Positions 49,955 through 58,879 of a stretch of 58,879 nucleotides of DNA are shown here, in pieces (position 1 is the first letter of the stretch; the number at the start of each line of letters is the position of its first letter). This stretch comes from Candidatus Tayloriibacteriota bacterium. GTDB taxonomy: Bacteria > Patescibacteriota > Minisyncoccia > Phycocordibacterales > PALSA-1337. Under the pieces are notes generated by a model. It worked only from the letters and a program-made list of their open reading frames with translations. It ran no database searches and was not told the origin of the DNA. The stretch lies in the NCBI GenBank assembly GCA_037130865.1, contig JBAXSG010000004.1, forward strand, positions 1-58,879, written 5' to 3'. The position numbers and the translations under genes were made by a program.

Positions 49955-50377
49955 ATGATTAAAGAATTCAATATAGGAATTAAAGGTGTTATAAAAGCCG
50001 AAGGTAAATGTCTTGTATTGAAGAGTGTTAGAGATGGTAAATCATATTGGGATATACCAGGTGGTCGAATAGATGACGATGAGAGAATAGAAGATACATT
50101 GAAAAGAGAGCTTTCTGAAGAATTGCCAACCATAGGCAAGTATTCTATTGGAAGACTTTTAAATGCGTTCCGTTTAAGTCATGATTTGAAAGATGGTAAA
50201 GGTCTGATGTTACTTTTCTATGAGATAAATGCAGATATGTTTAATGTAGAATTAAATTCCGAACACTCTGATTTTAGATGGGTATCCAAAAATGATTTGC
50301 ATGGATTATTGAATGATTCACCTGTTTCTATCGAGGATGGCTATTATAAAGCATTGAGTATTGCTTTGGATGCGTAG
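49955..50377 (+). CDS. NUDIX hydrolase
   Basis: WDIPGGRIDDDE....TLKRELSEE Nudix box, EHSDFRWV. Confidence 0.9.
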   Translation: MIKEFNIGIKGVIKAEGKCLVLKSVRDGKSYWDIPGGRIDDDERIEDTLKRELSEELPTIGKYSIGRLLNAFRLSHDLKDGKGLMLLFYEINADMFNVELNSEHSDFRWVSKNDLHGLLNDSPVSIEDGYYKALSIALDA

Positions 50378-50493
50378 TAATTATCTTCATTTTCCCCACA
50401 TTTTTCAGGTGACTTTTCGCTCCATATTTGCTATAATGTACTGGTAATAGGCCATGTGCCTTTTTAATTTCGCGCTGACAAAGCGACCTGAAA

Positions 50494-53046
50494 ATGCCCA
50501 AGAAATCAGAAACAAATAAAGACAAAGATTCAGGCTCAAACGAGCCTGTTGTTGCAGGTGCTCCTGCACGCGCCGCTGGTGCCGGTGTCATAAACCGCAG
50601 CATTACGACCGAGATGCGTGAGTCATTCCTCGACTATGCGATGTCAGTTATCACAGATCGTGCACTTCCAGATGTTCGCGATGGACTCAAACCTGTGCAT
50701 CGTCGCATACTTTACGCCATGCACGAGAAAGGTCTTACTTATCAAGCAAAATTCCGCAAGTCCGCTGTTCCAGTCTCTGACGCCATGGGAAGTTACCACC
50801 CGCACGGCGATGCCGCGATTTACGAGTCGCTGGTGAAGATGGCTCAGCCATTTACGATGCGTAATCCGCTTATTCAGGGTCAAGGTAACTTCGGTACAGT
50901 TGATGGTGATCCAGCCGCTGCTATGCGTTATACCGAAGCTCGCATGTCTCGTCTTTCAAGCGAGCTCTTGCGTGATATTGGCAAGAACACCGTGGACTTC
51001 AGACCGAACTATGACGGAACAAAGAAAGAGCCGGTTGTTTTGCCGACTGCTGTTCCAAACCTTCTTTTAAATGGAACGCTGGGTATCGCTGTCGGTATGG
51101 CGACGAACATTCCTCCACATAATTTACGTGAAGTCGTGGATGCTACAACTCACATGATCGACAATCCAGATGCTACAGCCGCCGATCTTTTTGGCTTTAT
51201 AAAAGGCCCGGATTTTCCACTTGGCGCAGTCGCTTATGGCGAGAAAGATATACATCATGCATATACGACCGGTCGCGGCAGCATAACTGTTCGCGGTGAA
51301 GCCGAGATCGTGGAAGACAAGAAGGGTCAATACCAGATTATCATCACTTCGATTCCATTTCGTGTTAATAAGTCTGAGCTCATCATCAAGATCGCCGACT
51401 TGGTGCGTGACAAGGTTGTCGAAGGTGTACGCGCTCTCCGTGATGAATCCGACAAGGATATACGTATCGCTATAGATTTGAAGCAAGGTTCATTCCCAGA
51501 GAAAGTACTCAATCTGATCTACAAGCACACACAGCTTGAAGAAGCTTTCCATGTGAACATGGTTGCACTGGTTGATGGCGTCCCTCATACACTTTCGCTC
51601 AAGACTATTCTTGAAGAATTTGTGGAACATCGTATAGAAGTCATTCGTCGTCGTACTCAGTTCGACCTCACAGCCGCTGAAGATCGTGAGCATATTTTGC
51701 TTGGTCTGAAGAAAGCACTGGATCATATCGATGAAATCATCACTCTTATTCGTGCATCGAAAGACGGAATAGAAGCTCATGCCAACTTGATGAAGAAGTT
51801 CAAGTTCTCTGACAAACAAGCAACTGCTATTTGTGAAATGAGACTTGTTAAGCTTGCTGGACTCGAACGCAAGAAAGTCCTCGATGAACTCAAGGCTGTA
51901 GAAGATTTGATCGCCGATCTGAAGAGTATTCTTGCTAGTGACAAGAAAGTTCGTGGCATTATCAAAACCGAACTCACTGAGATTCGCGAAAGATATGGCA
52001 ATGACCGTCGCACCAAGATTGTTAAACATGGAGTGAAAGAATTCAGTGCCGAAGATCTGATAGCCGACGAAGAGTCTGTGCTCATTCTTACAAAAGGTGG
52101 CTATATCAAGCGCACTGATCCTGCTGAATATCGTAAGCAGAAGCGCGGTGGCGTTGGAGTTGTTGACCTCGATACAAAGGAGGAGGATTTTATCACGCAC
52201 CTTATATATGCCTCGACTCACAATGATCTTCTATTCTTCACTGACAAAGGCAAGGCTTATCAGATAAAGATGTTCGAAATCCCAGAAGGTAAGCGTGCCA
52301 CAAAAGGAAAGTCGATTATGAACTTCTTGTCGCTTGCAGAAGGTGAGCGTGTCACTTCTATTTTGCCAATGCCGAAGAATAAAAAAGATGCTGAAGGTTT
52401 GGATCTGATGATGGTCACGAAAAATGGTACTGGTAAAAAAACTTCCGCTAAACATTTCAAGGATGTACGCCGTTCCGGTCTGATCGCTATTACACTAGAT
52501 GCTGGTGATGAGTTGATTTCAGCCAGCTTCATTTCAAAAAATGACGAAGTCATGATCGCTACACGTGAAGGTCAATCTATCCGTTTCAAAGAGAGCGATG
52601 TTCGCGAAATGGGTCGCAACGCCGCCGGCGTTCGTGTTATTCGCTTAGCAGAAGGCGCAAAGCGCAAAGTGAAAGGCGCAGAAGAAAAGGCACAAAGTGG
52701 TGATGCCGTTATCTCCGCTGACATAGTTTCCAAAGACGCTCAGAATCCATGCCTCTTCGTGATGGGTGCAAATGGTTATGGCAAGAAAACCAAACTCTCA
52801 GAATACAAGACACAAAATCGTGGTGGTTCAGGTATCCTCACCATGAATGTAACGCCGAAGACCGGTTCGCTCATGGCCGCCAAGGTCGTCACAGAGACAG
52901 ATGAAGAGATTGTAGCAATGTCCAAGAAGAGCCAAGTCATCCGCGTCGACATAAAGGAGATTCCTGCTTTGAGTCGTGCTACACAAGGTGTTCGTGTCAT
53001 GAAGCTTCGTGAAGGAGATGAATTGGCGAGTTTGATTTGTTTATAA
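50494..53046 (+). CDS. gyrA: DNA gyrase subunit A
   Basis: [29 protein letters not shown] and GyrA-box QKRGGVG. Confidence 0.97.
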   Translation: MPKKSETNKDKDSGSNEPVVAGAPARAAGAGVINRSITTEMRESFLDYAMSVITDRALPDVRDGLKPVHRRILYAMHEKGLTYQAKFRKSAVPVSDAMGSYHPHGDAAIYESLVKMAQPFTMRNPLIQGQGNFGTVDGDPAAAMRYTEARMSRLSSELLRDIGKNTVDFRPNYDGTKKEPVVLPTAVPNLLLNGTLGIAVGMATNIPPHNLREVVDATTHMIDNPDATAADLFGFIKGPDFPLGAVAYGEKDIHHAYTTGRGSITVRGEAEIVEDKKGQYQIIITSIPFRVNKSELIIKIADLVRDKVVEGVRALRDESDKDIRIAIDLKQGSFPEKVLNLIYKHTQLEEAFHVNMVALVDGVPHTLSLKTILEEFVEHRIEVIRRRTQFDLTAAEDREHILLGLKKALDHIDEIITLIRASKDGIEAHANLMKKFKFSDKQATAICEMRLVKLAGLERKKVLDELKAVEDLIADLKSILASDKKVRGIIKTELTEIRERYGNDRRTKIVKHGVKEFSAEDLIADEESVLILTKGGYIKRTDPAEYRKQKRGGVGVVDLDTKEEDFITHLIYASTHNDLLFFTDKGKAYQIKMFEIPEGKRATKGKSIMNFLSLAEGERVTSILPMPKNKKDAEGLDLMMVTKNGTGKKTSAKHFKDVRRSGLIAITLDAGDELISASFISKNDEVMIATREGQSIRFKESDVREMGRNAAGVRVIRLAEGAKRKVKGAEEKAQSGDAVISADIVSKDAQNPCLFVMGANGYGKKTKLSEYKTQNRGGSGILTMNVTPKTGSLMAAKVVTETDEEIVAMSKKSQVIRVDIKEIPALSRATQGVRVMKLREGDELASLICL
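52652..52700 (+). repeat. Heptamer array (7 units) inside gyrA
   Basis: aaggcgc aaagcgc aaagtga aaggcgc agaagaa aaggcac aaagtgg. Confidence 0.9.
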
Positions 53047-53065
53047 AAATAATACCAATCATTTT

Positions 53066-53857
53066 ATGATAGAACAACCATTAACTTTACCTGACCAAAA
53101 GGAAAATGACGAAGTTGGGGATTCTTTCATAAGTAGAGAAGAGCTGGCTGCTGCTAAGAGAGATATGGAGAGTGCTGTGATTGAAGGTCAGCAGATATTA
53201 GAAGATGAAGGAAAAGTTACGCAAGCTAATTTGAAAAAACAACAGGAGATCTCAGACAATCTACGTATAGATTCACTTCGTGAATCATTGAATATATCAT
53301 CAATAACTGGAGCAGAGACATCTTCTGTAGAGAGTCTATCTACAGGTATGGAAAATGAGAGAACTATTAATAATACAACTGATTCGGAGATGGTCGAGCG
53401 ATATGTCTCGAAACATGAGACCGTAGAAAGACTTATCAAGAAAGCTTATGCGGAGTCCGTAGTCTATCACAAAGAAGACGGGGCCAAACTTGCTGATACT
53501 AAGATTGCCTTTGTACGTACACTGGATGGTAAATGGGTATTACCAAAAAGAAGCATTGATCCAGATAAGAACGAGAGAAGTGAAGCTAAAGATTCTATAG
53601 AAGAAGCGACGGGTCTCAATATAGATGTCGAGGCAAAACTTGGAGAGACTAAAGAAGAGATGATTGAAGGTAATACCACATTGGAAGTAGAGTCCAAGTA
53701 TTTCTTGGCTCGCTCCAGTACTGATAAGATTCCATCTAGACGAGCAGGAGAGTCAGAAGTTAAGTGGTTTACTCTAAAAGATATAGTGGAGAATACAGAT
53801 ATCAGACTGAATACTAAGCAGATAAAGCTCATAAAGAGAGCTATGGGAGAGATTTAG
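53066..53857 (+). CDS. Acidic coiled-coil protein with a degenerate C-terminal NUDIX-like domain
   Basis: GKWVLPK...E....EA...IEEATGL...KYFLA...EVKWF. Confidence 0.65.
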   Translation: MIEQPLTLPDQKENDEVGDSFISREELAAAKRDMESAVIEGQQILEDEGKVTQANLKKQQEISDNLRIDSLRESLNISSITGAETSSVESLSTGMENERTINNTTDSEMVERYVSKHETVERLIKKAYAESVVYHKEDGAKLADTKIAFVRTLDGKWVLPKRSIDPDKNERSEAKDSIEEATGLNIDVEAKLGETKEEMIEGNTTLEVESKYFLARSSTDKIPSRRAGESEVKWFTLKDIVENTDIRLNTKQIKLIKRAMGEI

Positions 53858-53964
53858 GTCGACTAACTACCACTGATATCTTTGTGTCTATATGATTATT
53901 TTGTCCCCACCTCACGCCTGAAACAGGCCTTTAACCGCGCCTACTATTGCGCTATAATACATCC

Positions 53965-54483
53965 ATGTTTTCTGATCCATCCGCCAATATTTCTAAACTC
54001 GGACTTGCCGATGGTATGAAAGTTGTGGACCTCGGTGCCGGTTCTGGTTTCTATACTCTAGAAGCCGCCAAGCGTGTCGGTGCAAGCGGTCGTGTCTACG
54101 CCGTGGAAGTTCAGAAAGATTTGCTGGAACGCATTCGATCAAATGGAAAAACTCAAGGATTGAGCAATATCGAAGTTATCTGGGGCAACGCCGAGAAGAT
54201 AGGTGGTACAAAGGTAAAGGACGCTTTGGCCGACAGGGTCATAGCTTCGAACATTCTATTTCAGATAGAAAAGCCGGAGGATTTTGCTCTGGAGATAAAG
54301 CGTATCTTGAAACCAGGCGGTAAGGTCTTGATCGTAGACTGGAGCGATGTCAGCCCACTTGGACCGAAGACACCTTTTTCAGCAGTCAGAGCTCAGGCTC
54401 TCTTCGAGAAATCCGGTTTCAAACTAGATCAGACATTTGGTGCTGGAGATCATCATTATGGAATAGTTTTTGTGCGGACCTAG
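53965..54483 (+). CDS. Class I SAM-dependent methyltransferase
   Basis: VVDLGAGSG, VYAVE and RILKPGG..LIVDW. Confidence 0.9.
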   Translation: MFSDPSANISKLGLADGMKVVDLGAGSGFYTLEAAKRVGASGRVYAVEVQKDLLERIRSNGKTQGLSNIEVIWGNAEKIGGTKVKDALADRVIASNILFQIEKPEDFALEIKRILKPGGKVLIVDWSDVSPLGPKTPFSAVRAQALFEKSGFKLDQTFGAGDHHYGIVFVRT

Positions 54484-54485
54484 TT

Positions 54486-54506
54486 GCGCTCTGCGCCTTT
54501 CACCTT
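54486..54506 (-). repeat. Heptamer array (3 units), intergenic
   Basis: Minus strand: aaggtga aaggcgc agagcgc. Confidence 0.75.
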
Positions 54507-54519
54507 TAAACTTAATCAT

Positions 54520-55830
54520 ATGGATTCCAAATTCAGTAAATTTCAAATAATAACCTTGGTAGCTTTCGGCCTTTTTATCGTCATTGGCGTAGCATCATTC
54601 TCTTTATACAAAGGTAATTCGTCATCGAGTACAGCATTACCGATGATAACGGTCTGGGGTACATTTCCGAAAGCTTCATTTGATAAATATCTATCAAATA
54701 TGAGCAATACATCGGGGACACGAATAGATGTAAGTTATGTAGAAAAGTCACAAGATCAATTCTCTTTGGACTTTATTTCGGCTTTGGCACGCAGCCAAGG
54801 ACCTGATGCCATACTTATACCAAGTGAGCTTCTTTTGCCACACAAGGACAAGTTGTACACCATTCCTTTTACCACCATGACTCAGTACGATTTCTCAAAC
54901 ACTTATATTGGTGAGGCTGCCATGTATATCAACAAAGACGGCATTACTGGTCTTCCATTTATAATAGATCCTCTGGTCATGTACTGGAATGTAGATATGT
55001 TTGACGCTGCGGGTCTAGCTACTTATCCTAGATATTGGGATGATTTTACTGCATTGAACAAGACTTTGACTGTAAAAGACAAGAACGGCAATGTCAGAAA
55101 AAGTGCCATCGCTATGGGGCAGTTCGGTAATATTGTCAATGCCCGCGAGATACTCGGTACACTCTTTATGCAAGCCGGAAATCCTGTAACAACACAGAAC
55201 AGCGCCGGATCAGTTTTTTCGAATATAAAAAATGGTGCAACCGTCAGTCCGGTTTCGGCTATAAGATTTTTCACACAATTTGTAAATCCTTCCAGCGCCA
55301 ATTATTCTTGGAATAACAGCATGTCTGATTCTAAGTCGGCTTTCTTGTCTGGAACATTGGCTACTTACTTCGGTTTTGCCTCAGAACTGGCCGATATCAA
55401 GATTAAGAATCCGAACTTGAGGTTTGATGTAGCTCTTATGCCAAGTCCTAAGGTCGGTGGTTCGAGTTCTACATATGGTCATATGTACGGTTTCTCTATA
55501 GTTCGTACATCACAAAATATCAATGCTGCTCTTCAGATCATATCGACACTTTCTATGCCACAGTATCTTGGCGAGCTATCAGCTGCTCTATATCTACCAA
55601 GTGTGCGTCGCGATATTATCGCCGCTGGATCAAATGATCCTTATATAACTCTGTTCAATAAAGCCGCACTAGTCTCAAAAGCATGGCTAGATTATGATCC
55701 AACAAGTACAAGTCAGATATTCAGTGAAATGATACAATCTTTTACAAGCGGTCGTAGCACCATTGAGCAGGCTATACAAAATGCCGGCGATAAGATGGAT
55801 GCTTCTTTGGGTAAAGCCATAATACAATGA
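54520..55830 (+). CDS. Extracellular solute-binding protein (SBP_bac_1-like), membrane-anchored
   Basis: ITVWG, GPD, LPF..DPLVMYWN.DMF..AG...P..WDD and F.SG..A.YFG. Confidence 0.85.
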   Translation: MDSKFSKFQIITLVAFGLFIVIGVASFSLYKGNSSSSTALPMITVWGTFPKASFDKYLSNMSNTSGTRIDVSYVEKSQDQFSLDFISALARSQGPDAILIPSELLLPHKDKLYTIPFTTMTQYDFSNTYIGEAAMYINKDGITGLPFIIDPLVMYWNVDMFDAAGLATYPRYWDDFTALNKTLTVKDKNGNVRKSAIAMGQFGNIVNAREILGTLFMQAGNPVTTQNSAGSVFSNIKNGATVSPVSAIRFFTQFVNPSSANYSWNNSMSDSKSAFLSGTLATYFGFASELADIKIKNPNLRFDVALMPSPKVGGSSSTYGHMYGFSIVRTSQNINAALQIISTLSMPQYLGELSAALYLPSVRRDIIAAGSNDPYITLFNKAALVSKAWLDYDPTSTSQIFSEMIQSFTSGRSTIEQAIQNAGDKMDASLGKAIIQ

Positions 55831-56330
55831 AAAATAAAATAATCATTATAGGTTTAGCTTTTTTGGTTTTGAGTTCTGTAAATGTAAGCGCACAAACTAT
55901 TGCTCCAAATGCCAACGAAAACCCAAGTCAGACAGACTTCAAACTGGTCAATTGTGATGGGCCGGCATTACCAACCAATGGTACTGTCAAATCAGAGTTT
56001 TTAAAGACATGGTCAGCACAAACCGGCAAGGTTCCAGGCGACTACAAAGCTTGTGACTTCAATGGTGCACTCGCGCAAGTCCAGCACCTCATGAATATTG
56101 CTATTATCTTAGGAGTCTTGGCTGCTATTCTTCTATTTTCCTTTGCAGGATTCAAACTGGTCTCGGCTTCATTTACTGGAAAAGTTGCAGATGTTGATAG
56201 AGCCAAGGATATATTCCAAAAGGTCGCGATAGGTTTTATAATAATGTTAGTTGCATGGTTCGTCGTTTATCAGATAATCTCATGGCTGTCTGGCGGTTCA
56301 TCGGCAGGAACGGCTTTGTTGAGTAAATAA
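55827..56330 (+). CDS. TrbC/VirB2-like pilin
   Basis: Signal peptide, Cys pair, two TMs joined by ...RAKDIF..VAIG. Confidence 0.7.
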   Translation: MKNKIIIIGLAFLVLSSVNVSAQTIAPNANENPSQTDFKLVNCDGPALPTNGTVKSEFLKTWSAQTGKVPGDYKACDFNGALAQVQHLMNIAIILGVLAAILLFSFAGFKLVSASFTGKVADVDRAKDIFQKVAIGFIIMLVAWFVVYQIISWLSGGSSAGTALLSK

Positions 56331-56331
56331 T

Positions 56332-57141
56332 ATGAAGACAAAATTTATTTTTTCAGGAATAGTCGCGCTCGCACTGTTAGCTGTGGTGACTATAAAGCCA
56401 GTCGGAGTGAAAGCCAGTGCGTATAGTGATTGTACAGACCTAATCTCCGGAACAGATTTCAGCTCATGTAGAGGCCTTGAAGGTGACCCAAGCATTACAA
56501 CAGACCCTCTACCAGATCCAGCTTATCAAACATGTATAGATGCTGGTTATTATGCTGATCAATGTAATGGTGGTCAGAATCCAGCCAATACACCAGGTTC
56601 TAGTGGTGATCAAGGGAGCGGTTCTACACCAGTTGCTCCTGCCCAATCAACCCCTAGTACTTTTAATCCTTCTAATATAGATCCATATGGAGTTAATGTC
56701 GGTACTGTTCAGCAAAATAAAAACGGCACCACCTATGGTTCCGGTGTCGCTCCTATCAGTAATTCCGGCGTAAGCTCTACTAAAGGCCTAGCACCTTATG
56801 CTACAGCTATTGTCCAGACGGGAACATTCACTATAAAAAATCCTCTTCAAGCCAATTCTGTCAGTGAACTAGTCCAGACCGCTTCACAGATATTTGCATA
56901 TGTAGTGGTATTGATCGGAGTGATGGCTCTTATTTGGACTGGCCTACTATATGTCCTTGCTCAAGGTAATTCAGAGAAACTTACACAATTGAAGAAACAG
57001 CTACTCTGGATTGTGGTAGGTATAGCCATAGTTATAGGTGCAAGGATCATTATAAACATAGTGGTTACAACCCTTTCAAAGTCGGGGGCTGTCAATCAAA
57101 GTATTATTAATAACGCCTATAATGGTCTAGAAGTTAAATAA
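56332..57141 (+). CDS. TrbC/VirB2-like pilin with a long Cys/low-complexity N-terminal domain
   Basis: IKNPL...; IWTGLLYVLAQGNSEKL...KK.LLW.VVG. Confidence 0.75.
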   Translation: MKTKFIFSGIVALALLAVVTIKPVGVKASAYSDCTDLISGTDFSSCRGLEGDPSITTDPLPDPAYQTCIDAGYYADQCNGGQNPANTPGSSGDQGSGSTPVAPAQSTPSTFNPSNIDPYGVNVGTVQQNKNGTTYGSGVAPISNSGVSSTKGLAPYATAIVQTGTFTIKNPLQANSVSELVQTASQIFAYVVVLIGVMALIWTGLLYVLAQGNSEKLTQLKKQLLWIVVGIAIVIGARIIINIVVTTLSKSGAVNQSIINNAYNGLEVK

Positions 57142-57163
57142 AAAGGGCATAGCCAACAAAATT

Positions 57164-57775
57164 ATGAAAATGAAAACAAATACAAAAAAAGTGAGTATTG
57201 TTTCTTCGGTACTACTGACAATTTTATTTATAGGACTAACAATAACAACAGTTAGAGCACAGAACCAATATTCCGGTGCAGATAATCCTGGTGCAAACCC
57301 AGCCGATGTAACTGGTGCCAATGTCAACGGAGTCGATTATGGCGCCACCACTGTAGTGTCTAGCCCTACCGCAGAAACTCAATCTACGGGCGACATCAAC
57401 GCCGGTAGTCAAGTTCTTCCACCAGCAGGCGGAAGTTTACTCAATATAAGTGGCAGTTTCAACTATGATAACGGTGGTTCGGGTAAAGATCTTAGATACC
57501 TCATAGCCGTGATCATCAGCTATCTAAATCAAGCAATGTTCCTGATTGTCGGTGTAGCGGTCGTTATGTTCGTATTCTATGTTGTTAAGTATTTCATAAA
57601 GCCAGCAGATGGTGCAGAGAGAAAAGAAGCTGGTACATATGTTATGTACAGCGTCCTTGGTTTCTTCATCATCATATCGTTGTGGGGTATAGTCAATATA
57701 GTGAAAAATACATTCAAACTGGACTCTAGTTCAACGAGCTTATCCGAATTCCAGAATATATTCCCATCAAGGTAA
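57164..57775 (+). CDS. TrbC/VirB2-like pilin
   Basis: C-terminal two-TM unit VVKYF.....ERKEAG..MYS..GFFII.SLWG. Confidence 0.75.
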   Translation: MKMKTNTKKVSIVSSVLLTILFIGLTITTVRAQNQYSGADNPGANPADVTGANVNGVDYGATTVVSSPTAETQSTGDINAGSQVLPPAGGSLLNISGSFNYDNGGSGKDLRYLIAVIISYLNQAMFLIVGVAVVMFVFYVVKYFIKPADGAERKEAGTYVMYSVLGFFIIISLWGIVNIVKNTFKLDSSSTSLSEFQNIFPSR

Positions 57776-57868
57776 TAATCCCCAGAACCCACCATTTACT
57801 TATCAGAGTGTGTTATAATGTCGTCTAGCAAGTAATATTATTAATTATTAGTCATTATCATAAAGAAA

Positions 57869-58258
57869 ATGAAAAAATTCATCACAGTTCTCGCAGTCTT
57901 GGCTCCTTCTATAGCTATGGCCGATACTATAGTAAATGCCGATAACCTTGTCTTTACATTGACAAGATTGGGCAATGTCCTTATCGGTCTTCTTATCGCT
58001 GCAGCCGTCATATTTATCATATGGCATGCCGTTATGTTCATCTTCAAGGCTTCAGATCCAGAAGGTCGCTCAGCACACAGAACAGGAGTTTTGTGGGGTA
58101 TTGTTGGTCTAGCTATCATATTGTCTATCTGGGGTTTGGTAGGAATTCTTACAAATACATTCTCAACAACAAACAATCCAAATCAAGTCGGAACACCTCC
58201 TGTGATTCCAACATATGCGCCAAATATTCAGAACAGTAGAGCAACATATTCTTATTAA
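57869..58258 (+). CDS. TrbC/VirB2-like pilin
   Basis: Signal peptide (APSIAMA), FI....DPE.R......LWGIVGL.II.SIWG. Confidence 0.75.
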   Translation: MKKFITVLAVLAPSIAMADTIVNADNLVFTLTRLGNVLIGLLIAAAVIFIIWHAVMFIFKASDPEGRSAHRTGVLWGIVGLAIILSIWGLVGILTNTFSTTNNPNQVGTPPVIPTYAPNIQNSRATYSY

Positions 58259-58261
58259 AAG

Positions 58262-58549
58262 ATGTTTAGCATCGTCTCTATAGCTCACGCCGCTGTCGAT
58301 ATGACACAGTTTAGTACTGTGGTCAGTCCCATCATCAGCAACATCGTCAACCCAGTGGTTTGGTTGATGTTCGCTGTGGCTACAGTTGTGTTTGTCTACG
58401 GAGTCTTACAGATGGTTATAAAAGGTAATGATCCAGAGGCACGCAAGACTGGCCAGATGAGCATACTTTATGGAGTCATCGGAATGTTCATAATGTTCTC
58501 AGCTTGGGGCATCATATATCTGATCTCAAATACAGTGAAGGGGATTTAA
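58262..58549 (+). CDS. TrbC/VirB2-like pilin
   Basis: IAHA, YG...VI.G.DPEARKTG...ILYG.IG.FIMFSAWG. Confidence 0.78.
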   Translation: MFSIVSIAHAAVDMTQFSTVVSPIISNIVNPVVWLMFAVATVVFVYGVLQMVIKGNDPEARKTGQMSILYGVIGMFIMFSAWGIIYLISNTVKGI

Positions 58550-58551
58550 GT

Positions 58552-58624
58552 TAGGCGCAAGCGATTCCTCAAATCGTCCTGGGGAGGGCAAAGCGCAAGG
58601 TGCAAGGTGAAAAGCGCAAGGCGC
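58552..58624 (+). repeat. Heptamer array (5-6 units plus one detached unit), intergenic
   Basis: taggcgc ... ggagggc aaagcgc aaggtgc aaggtga aaagcgc aaggcgc. Confidence 0.9.
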
Positions 58625-58668
58625 AAAATAAAAACCGCACAAAGTAGATAATGTGCGGTTTTTATTTT
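58625..58668. terminator. Bidirectional intrinsic terminator
   Basis: AAAATAAAAACCGCACA / TGTGCGGTTTTTATTTT. Confidence 0.85.
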
Positions 58669-58669
58669 A

Positions 58670-58879
58670 TGTGCCGGGGAGAGGACTCGAGTCTTACAGA
58701 CTCGGTACAGGTTTCGCATTCCTCCTCGTCTGTGACTCGTCGGAATATGCTCAACCTTTTCTCGTCCTCTCTCGTAAGCCGAATATTCGGCTTACTCCCA
58801 TCACAAAACTCTCTTCGTTCGTTTTGTGCCGGGGAGAGGACTCGAGTCTTACAGACTCGGTACAGGTTTCGCATTCCTC
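58670..58879 (-). repeat. 155-bp tandem repeat ending in a tRNA-Leu-like 3' end (second copy cut by the window edge)
   Basis: 58671-58724 is identical to 58826-58879. On the minus strand each unit ends TCGAGTCCTCTCCCCGGCAC. Confidence 0.85.

Noticed and set aside
58662-58874. 70-aa ORF
   Set aside because: It lies wholly within the structured tandem repeat.
58670-58879. CRISPR array
   Set aside because: The unit is 155 bp with at least 54 identical nt and a tRNA-like end. No unique spacers and no cas genes are visible.

Overview
Chromosomal window from a small-genome bacterium with the gene content and compact, largely leaderless organisation typical of Patescibacteria/CPR (Parcubacteria-like; an inference, standard code 11). 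It carries mostly core genes: nrdJ, murJ, lepA, gpmI, eno, rpmE2-prfA-rpsB-tsf, pheST, gyrB, gyrA, tsaD, ung, trxB, ftsA/ftsZ, ybeY, rpsU, lepB, pth and rpsA. It also has RNase P RNA, five intact tRNAs and a cluster of five VirB2/TrbC-like pilin genes. No CRISPR array, transposase or integrase was found. The most unusual signals are non-coding. (1) A degenerate heptamer (AAGGCGC/AAAGCGC/AAGGTGA) forms short tandem arrays at 8 loci, including in-frame inside pheS, pheT, gyrA and a methyltransferase. (2) A dispersed hairpin element with a ~75-bp core occurs in 6 intergenic copies. (3) Two toxin-like RNase genes (a MazF/PemK remnant and a NYN protein) are each followed by a convergent promoter-hairpin-terminator unit that predicts a 50-60 nt RNA. 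(4) Two stand-alone structured sRNA candidates have their own promoter and terminator. (5) tRNA ends are duplicated, including a 155-bp tandem unit ending in a tRNA-Leu-like 3' end at the right edge. All calls come from reading the sequence by eye; no searches were run.
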